This document shows positions 1-8,732 of a DNA stretch of 64,000 nucleotides, piece by piece (the first letter of the stretch is position 1; each line of letters opens with the position of its first letter). The position numbers were made by a program, and so were the translations under genes. The notes beneath the pieces were generated by a model. It searched no databases, had not been told where the DNA came from, and saw only the letters and a program-made list of their open reading frames with translations. The stretch is taken from assembly GCF_009834535.1 (NCBI RefSeq), contig NC_045697.1, forward strand, positions 119,724,001-119,788,000, written 5' to 3'. The DNA is from Camelus ferus. Lineage: Eukaryota.

Positions 1-2800
1 CTTGGCTTTCCAGCCCAACCCCCAGCATTCCCTCTCAGCCCGGCCTAGGAAAACACTCAGGGATAATATGCTATTGGTTGTATTGGAACCCAGTCGCTAC
101 CTAAAGTTGTAGGGTCCTTCCCCCAATTGCGATAGCAGCAGAAAACTTTGTGTGTCTGATGCAGATGGGTAAACAAACTCCACGCATGTTTCAGGGGGCA
201 CAGTTGTTCCAAGGATGTGGGACGTCGGAAAATTACCTCAAATACTCATGGGGCCTATCTCGCTGCTGCTACGAATTACAGCCAAACCCACAGCTTTACC
301 TCGCAGCTAAGCGTGTAAAAACACTAACGGAAAAGAAAATAATGGTGCTATTAGAACCCAGGCGCTGCTGATATTTGTAGAATCCTCCCCATACTCAGGA
401 TAGCAGAACACATCTTTGTGTGTGTGATGGTGTAGGAAAATACACTCCAGGCATATTCCTGGGGGTTCAGCTGATCCTAGGTTTGGAGATGTCGTCTAAT
501 TACCTCCACTGCCACTGGGGAGGCAATCTATACTTCTTCGCTTTGCAGACCATCTCCCAAATTTCCCTTACAGCCTGGCCTAAGAAAACACCTAGGGATG
601 ACAATGTTAGTGATTCTATCAGAAACACGGCGCTGCTGTCTGTTGGAGGTACAGCAAAGACTCAAAATTCCGGAGCAAGAATTTGCTTGGGGGAGGTGTG
701 GAGCCCCCCACCACACAGAGGACAGGGGTCACAGAATTTCCTTGTTTATGAGAAGTCTGCTAATTACCTCTACAGTCTATCTCTGGGCACTCGTTGCTAC
801 TTGGCTTTCCAGCCGAACCCCCAACTTTCCCTCGCTGCCCGCCCTGGAAAACACTTCAGAGATAATAAGTTAATGGTTCTATTGGAACACAAGCACTGCA
901 GACCGTTGAAGTAACCTCCGCACACGCAGGATAACAGAAAAATTTTTTTGTGTCTCATTGAGATGGTAAAAGATCCACACATATTTCAGGGTTTACTGGT
1001 GTTCCTAGGTTGTGGGAGGTCAGATACATCCCACTACAGCCCATGGGGAAGTACTCGCTCCTGCTTGTCTTTCCAGCCCATCCCCCTGTTTCCTTTGCAT
1101 CCCAGCCTGAGAAAACAATCAGAAAATGTAGCTAAAGGTTCTATCAAAACCCCGGTGCTGCCATCTGTTGTAGGAAAATCCACAAACACAGGATTCCCAA
1201 ACACGGCTTTGCTTGGAAGAGTTTAGAAGCCCCAATTCACACACATGCCTGGGGGCACAAGTTTTTCCCTTTTAGGGCCAAGTCCGCTAATTAACTCCAT
1301 AGTCCATCTCGGGGCACTCGTAGCTACTTGGATTCCCAGCCCAACACACATTTATCCCTTGCAAAACGGCCTGGGGTAACACAGAAGGAAAAGAAGCTAT
1401 TGGTGCTATTCGAACCCATGTACTGCTGACAAATATGGAAACCTTCGAAAAATCAGGATAACAGAACATATCTTTCTGTGTGTGATGGAGTAGGAAAACA
1501 CACTCCAGGCATTTTTCTGGGGATCCAGGTTTTCCCAGGATGGGAGATGTCGGCTAGATTCCTTCAGTGCCCATGGGGTGTCACTGTCTTCTTCTTCGTT
1601 TTCAAGCCCAACTCCCAGCTTTCCCTTGCAGCCCGGACAAGTGAAACACCCATGGATGACAAATAAGTGATTCTATAAGAACCCCGGCTTTGCTGTCTGT
1701 TGGAGGAACCTCCAAACTTTCAGGATTCTGGAACACGTCTTTGAGTGTGGGGAGTTGTGGAACCCCAATCCACGCAGATGGATGGGGTCACAGATTTCTC
1801 CCTGTTAGGGAGAAGTCCGCTAATTACCTCCACAGTGCATCTTGGGGCACTCGCTGCTTCTTAGATTTTCAGTATATCCCCCAGTTTTCACTCACAGCCT
1901 GGGCTTGAAAAATACACAGTGATAATAAGCTAGGATTCCATTGGAACCCAGGTTCTGCAGACAATTGTAGGAACCACCCCACACTCAGAATAACAGAACA
2001 ATACTTTGAGAGTCTGATTTAGATGGGTAAACTAAATCCACGCATGTTTCATGTTGTATAGGCGTTCCTAGGTTGTGGGAGGTTGGATAATTACATCCAA
2101 TGTCCATGGGGTGTCCCTTGCAGTTGCTTGGATTCCAGCCCAACACCCAGAATTCCCTCACATCCCGGCCTGTGAAAACACTCAGGGAAAAAATCTACAG
2201 TTTCTATAAAAACAAAGGCGCTCCTGACAGTTGTAGAAACCTCCCTACACTAAGGAATACAGAAGAAATCTTGGTGTGTGTGATGGAGTTGGAAAACACA
2301 GTAAGGCATGTCTCTGGGGTGCAGGTGTTCGCAGGATGGGAAATGTTGGCTAATTACCTCCACTGACCATGGGGAAGCACTCTCTTCTTCTTCGATATCT
2401 AGCCCTAATCCTAGGATTCCCTTGCATCCTGACCGTGGAAAACACCCAGGGATTAAAAACTAAATCTTTCTATCAGAACCAGGACGCTGCTGTATGTTGG
2501 AGGAACCCCCAAACTCTCAGGATTCTGGAAAACGTATTTGCTTGTTGCGAATTGTGGAGCCCCACAGCACACTCATTGCCGGGGCACAAGATTTTCACTT
2601 TGAAGGCCAAGTCCGCTAATTACCTCCAATGTCCATCTCGGGGAACTAGCTGCTACTTGGATTTCCAGCCCAAACCCAAGCTTTCCCTCCCAGTCCGGCC
2701 TGGGAAACACACAGGGAAATTATGTTATTGGTTGTAATGGAACCCAGTCTCTACCTACCGTTGTAGGAAACTTCCCACAAATAGGATAAAAGAAGAAACA
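1..2800. repeat. Left-family 10-monomer unit (C1 A1 B1 C2/A2-hybrid B2 A3 B3 C3 A5 B5), ~2.65 kb, preceded by the tail of the previous monomer
   Basis: C1 anchors at ~230 and ~2883, with ten anchors per interval. Homologous to 11110-13764; ORF 420..914 is nearly identical to ORF 11383..11877. Confidence 0.85.
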
Positions 2801-5800
2801 TTTGTGTGTCTGATGGAGATGGGTAAAAGACTCCAAGCATATATCAGGGGGCTTAGGTGTTCCAAGAATGTGGGACGTCGGAAAATTACCTCAAAATCTC
2901 ATGGGGGTAACTCGCTGCTGCTACGAATTACAGCCAAGCCCAAAGATTTTCCTCGCAGCCAGGCCTGTGAAAACACTCACAGAAAACAAAATACTGATGC
3001 TACTAGAACCCAGGTGCAGCTGAATGTTGTAGAATCCTCCCCACACTCAGGATAGCAGAACAAATTTTTGTGCATGTGATGGTGTAGGAAAATGTACCCC
3101 AGGCATATTTCTGGTGTTACAGCTTTTCCCAGGATGGGAGATGTCGCCTAATTACCTCCACTTCCAATGGGGAGGCACTCTATACTTCTTCGCTTTCCAG
3201 ACCAACTCCCAGTTTTCCTTGAAGCCCGGCCTAAGAAAAAACCTAGGGATGACAATATTAGCGATTCTATCAGAATACCCGCCCTGCTGTCTGTTGGAGA
3301 TACAACACACACTCAAAATTCCGGAACATGTCTATGCTTGGTGGAGGTATGGAGACCAACACCACAAGATGCCTGGGGGCACAGTTACTATCTGTCTGGG
3401 ATTAGTCCGCTAATAAACTCTACAGTCAATATCTGGGCAATCCTGTCTACTAGGCTTTCCAGCCGAACCCCCAATTTCCCACGCAACCCGCCCTGGAAAA
3501 CACTCAGAGATTATAAGCTAGTGGTTCTATTGGAACCCAGGCACTGTAGACCGTTGTAGGAAGCTCCGCACACGCAGGATAACAGAACACTTATTTTGTG
3601 ACTGATTGAGATGGTAAAAACTCCACGCATATTTCTTGGGGTACAGTTTTTCCTAGGTTGGGGGAGGTCAGATTATTCCCATTAATGCCCATGGGGAGGT
3701 AATCGCTCCTGCTTGGAATTCCATCCCATCCCCCAGTTTCCCTTGCAACCCAGTCAGAGCAAACAGTCAGGAAATTTAGCTAAAGTTTCTATTAGAACCC
3801 AGAAGCTGCTGACAGTTGTAGAAACTTCCCCATACACAGGGTAACAGAACACTTCTTTGTGTGTGTGATTGAGTAGGAAAACACACTCCATGCATTTTTC
3901 TTGGTTGCAGGTGTAACCAGGTTATGAGACGTTGGCTAAGTATCTCCACAACTCATGGGGATGCACTCTGTTTTTCTTCGTATTCCAGCCCTATTCCCAG
4001 CTTTCACTTGCAGCACGGATGACACCCAGGGATGACAAACTAAGTGATTCTATAAGAACCCCGGCGCTGCTGTCTTTTGGAGGAACCTCCACACACACAG
4101 GATTCCCAAACACGACTTTGCTTGGGGGAATTTTGAAGCCCCTATCCACACACAAGGCTGGGGCTCAAGTTTATCCCTGTTAGGGAGAAGTCCGCTAATT
4201 AGATCCAAAGTCCATCTAGGGCACCCGATGCTACTTGGAATTCCATCCAAACCCCCATGTTTCCCATGCAGCCCGGCCTGGGTTAACAATAGGGAAAAGA
4301 ATCTATTGGTGCTATTCGAACCCATGCCCTGGTGACAATTGTGGAAACCTTCGAACACTCAGTATAACAGAACATATATTTCTGTGTGTGATGGAGTAGG
4401 AAAACACACTCCAGGCATTTTTATGGGGATCCAGGATTTCCCAGGTTGGGAGATGTCGGCTAGATTCCTTCAGTGCCCATGGGGTGGCACTGTCTTCTTC
4501 TTCGTTTTCAAGCCCAACTCCCAGGTTTCCCTTGCAGCCCGGACAAGTGAAACACCCATGGATGACAAATAAGTGATTCAATAAAAACCCAGGCGTTGCT
4601 GTCTGTTGGAGGAACCTCCAAACCTACAGGATTCTGGAGCACGTCTTTGAGTGTGGGGAGTTGAGGAACCCCAATTCACGCAGATGGATGGGGTCACAGA
4701 TTTGTCCCTCTTAGGGAGAAGTCCACTAATTTCCTCCACAGTGCATCTTGGGGCACTCGCTGCTTCTTAGATTTTCAGTGTATCTCCCAGTTTTCCCTCG
4801 CAGCCCGGCCTTTTAAAACACTCAGTGATAATAAGCTAGGTTTCTATTCGAACCCAGGTGCTGCAGAAAATTGTAGGAAACTCCCCACCCTCAGAATAAC
4901 AGAACAATAATTTGAGTGTCTGATTTAGATGGGTAAACTAAATCCACGCATGTTTCAGTTTGTATAGGAGTTCCTAGGTTGTGGGAGGTCGGATATTTAC
5001 ATCCACTGTCCATGGGGAGTCCCTTGCAGTTGCTTGGATTCCAGTCCAACCCCCAGTGTTCCCTCGCATCCCGGCCTGTGAAAACTCTCAGGGAAAAAAG
5101 CTAGAGTTTCTATAAGAACTAAGACGATCATGACAGTTGTAGAAAACTCCCTACTCTAAGGAAAACAGAAGACATCTTTGTGTGTGTGATGGAGTAGGAA
5201 AACAAAGTAAGGCATGTCCCTTGGGTTCAGGTGTTCGCAGGATGGGAAATGTTGGCTAATTACTTCCACTGCCCATGGGGATCTAGTCTCTTCTTCTTCG
5301 ATATCCAGCCATAATCCTAGCATTCCCTTGCAGCCCGACCATAGAAAACACCCAGGGATGACAAACTAAATCGTTCTATCAGAACCAGGGCGCTGCTGTA
5401 TGTTGGAGAAACCTCCAAACACTCAGGATTCCGGAACACGGATTTGCTTGGTGCGAATTGTGAAGCCCCACAGCACACTCAATGCTGGGGCCCAAGATTT
5501 TCCGTTTTAGGGCCAAGTCCGCTAATTACCTCCATAGTCCATCTCGGGGAACTGGCTTCTACATGAATTTCCAGCCCAAACCCAAGCTTTCCCTCTCATC
5601 CCGGCCTGGGAAAACACACAGGAAATATATTTTATTGGTTGTAATGGAACCCAGTCTCTACTTACCGTTGTAGGAACCTTCCCACAACTAGGATAATGAA
5701 GAAACTTTTGTGTGTCTGAGAGAAATGGGTAAACAAATTAAAAGCATGTATCAAGGGGCTCAGGTGTTTCAAGTCTGTGGGACTTCGGAAAATTACCTCA

Positions 5801-7277
5801 AATTCTCATGGGGAGTAACTCACTGCTGCTACGAATTACAGCCAAGCCCACAGTTTACCTCGCAGCCAGGCCTGTGAAAACACTAACGGAAAAAAAAACA
5901 CTGGTGCTTCTAGAACCCAGGCGCTGATGAAAGTTGTAGAATCCTCCCCACACTCAGGATAGCAGAACAAATTTTTGTGTGTGTGTTGGTGTAGGAAAAT
6001 ACACTCCAGGCATATTTCTGGGGGTACAGCTGTTCCCAGGTTTGGAGATGTCGCCTAATTACCTCCATTTCCAATGGGGAGGCAATCTATACTTCTTCGA
6101 TTTCCAGACCAACTCCCAGCTTTCCTTTGAAGCCCGGCCTAAGAAAACACCAAGGGATGACAATATTAGCGATTCTATCAGAACACCCGCTCTGCTGCCT
6201 GTTGGAGGTACAACACACACTCAAAATTCCGGAACATGTCTTTGCTTGGTGGAGGTATGGAGACCAACACCACAAGATGCCTGGGGGCACAGTTACTATC
6301 TGTCTGGGAGTAGTCCGCTAATAACCTCTACAGTCAATATCTGGCCATCCTGGCTAATTGGCTTTCCAGCCGAACCCCCAGTTTCCCTCGCAGCCCGCCC
6401 TGGAAAACACTCAGAGATTATAAGCTAGTGGTTCTATTGGAACCCAGGCACTGCAGACCGTTGTAGGAAGCTCCGCACACGCAGGATAACAGAACACTTA
6501 TTTTGTGACTGATTGAGATGGTAAAAACTCCACGCATGTTTCAGGGGGTACAGGTTTTCCTAGGTTGGGGGAGGTCAGATTATTCCCATTAATGCCCATG
6601 GGGAGGTAATCGCTCCTGCTTGGATTTCCATCCCATCCCCCAGTTTCCCTTGCAACCCAGTCAGAGCAAACAGTCAGGAAATTTAGCTAAAGTTTCTATT
6701 AGAACCCAGAAGCTGCTGACAGTTGTAGAAACCTCCCCATACACAGGGTAACAGAACACTTCTTTCTGTGTGTGATTGAGTAGGAAAACACACTCCATGC
6801 ATGTTTCTGTGTTGCAGGTGTAACCAGGTTTTGAGACGTTAGCTAAGTATCTCCACAACCCATGGGGATGCACTCTGTTTTTCTTCGTATTCCAGCCCTA
6901 TTCCCAGCTTTCACTTGCAGCACGGGTGACACCCAGGGATGACAAACTAAGTGATTCTATAAGAACCCCGGCGCTGCTGTCTTTTGGAGGAACCTCCACA
7001 CACACAGGATTCCCAAACACGACTTTGCTTGGGGGAATTTTGAAGCCCCTATCCACACACAAGGCTGGGGCTCAAGTTTATCCCTGTTAGGAAGAAGTCA
7101 GCTAATTAGCTCCAAAGTCCATCTCGGGCACCCGATGCTACTTGGAATTCCAGCCAAACCCCCATGTTTCCCATGCAGCCCGGCCTGGGTTAACAATAGG
7201 GAAAAGAAATCTATTGGTGCTATTCGAACCCATGCCCTGGTGACAATTGTGGAAACCTTCGAACACTCAGTATAACA
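2801..7277. repeat. Left-family 11-monomer units (C1 A1 B1 C2 A2 B2 A3 B3 C3 A5 B5), ~2.9-kb period, about 1.5 copies before the gap
   Basis: C1 anchors at ~2883 and ~5790. 3150-4370 closely matches 6056-7277, including the shortened A2 motif GCACGG(A/G)TGACACCCAGG at ~4013 and ~6920. Confidence 0.85.
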
Positions 7278-7377
7278 NNNNNNNNNNNNNNNNNNNNNNN
7301 NNNNNNNNNNNNNNNNNNNNNNNNNNNNNNNNNNNNNNNNNNNNNNNNNNNNNNNNNNNNNNNNNNNNNNNNNNNNN
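7278..7377. other. Assembly gap (100 N, standard unknown-size placeholder)
   Basis: Exactly 100 consecutive N. Confidence 0.99.
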
Positions 7378-8732
7378 ATAACAGAACATATATTTCTGTG
7401 TGTGATGGAGTAGGAAAACACACTCCAGGCATTTTATGTGGATCCAGGATTTTCCCAGGTTGGGAGATGTCGGCTAGATTCCTTCAGTGCCCATGGGGTG
7501 GCACTGTCTTCTTCTTCATATTCAAGCCCAACTCCCAGCTTTCCCTTGCAGCCCGGACAAGTGAAACACCCATGGATGACAAATAAGTGATTCTAATAAG
7601 AACCCATGCTTTGCTGTCTGTTGGAGGAACGTCCAAACCTACAGGATTCTGGAGCACGTCTTTGAGTGTGGGGAGTTGAGGAACCCCAATCCACGCAGAT
7701 GGATGGGGTCACAGATTTGTCCCTCTTAGGGAGAAGTCCGCTAATTACCTCCACAGTGCATCTTCGGGCACTCGCTGCTTCTTAGATTTTCAGTGTATCT
7801 CCCAGATTTCCCTCTGCAGCCCGGCCTTTTAAAACACTCAGTGATAATAAGCTAGGTTTCTATTGGAACCCAGGTGCTGCATGACAATTGTAGGGAAACT
7901 CCCCACCCTCAGAATAACAGAACAATACTTTGAGTGTCTGATTTAGATGGGTAAACTAAATCCACGCATGTTTCAAGATTGTATAGGAGTTCCTAGGTAT
8001 GTGGAGATTCGGATATTTACATCCACTGTCCATGGGGAGTCCCTTGCAGTTGCTTGGATTGCCAGCCAAACCCCAGCGATCCCTCGCATCCCGGCCTGTG
8101 AAAACTCTCAGGGAAATAAAGCTACAGTTTCTATAAGATCTAAGGACGATCATGACAGTTGTAGAAACCTCCCTACTCTAAGGAATACAGAACACAATCT
8201 TTGTGTGTGTGATGGAGTAGGAAAACACATTAAGGCATGTCCTCTGTGGTTGCAGGTGTTCGCAGGATGGGAAATGTTGGCTAATCACCTTCCACTGCCC
8301 ATGGGGAAGCACTCTCTTCTTCTTCGATATCTAGCCCTAATCCTAGCATTCCCTTGCAGCCCGACCGTGGAAATCACCCAGGAATGACAAACTAAATCTT
8401 TCTATCAGAACCAGGACGCTGCTGTATGTTGGAGGAACCTCCAAACACTCAGGATTCCGGAACATGGATTTGCTTGGTGCGAATTTTGAAGCCCCACAGC
8501 ACACTCATTGCTGGGGCCCAAGATTTTCCGTTTTAGGGCCAAGTCCGCTAATTACCTCCAATGTCCATCTCGGGGAACTGGCTTCTACATGAATTTCCAG
8601 CCCAAACCCAAGCTTTCCCTCGCAGTCCGGCCTGGGAAACACACAGGGAAAGTATGTTATTGGTTGTAATGGAACCCAGTCTCTACCTACTGTTGTAGGA
8701 ACCTTCCCACATGTAGGATAAAAGAAGAAACA

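Noticed and set aside
416..427. (TG)n microsatellites
   Set aside because: Only 3-5 units long and a fixed part of A and C monomers, not independent loci.
1591..1612. CENP-B box-like CTTCGTTTTCAAGCCCA in A monomers
   Set aside because: It shares only the TTCG half. It lacks the required A and CGGG of NTTCGNNNNANNCGGGN. I saw no full match by eye on either strand, though a pattern search should confirm this.
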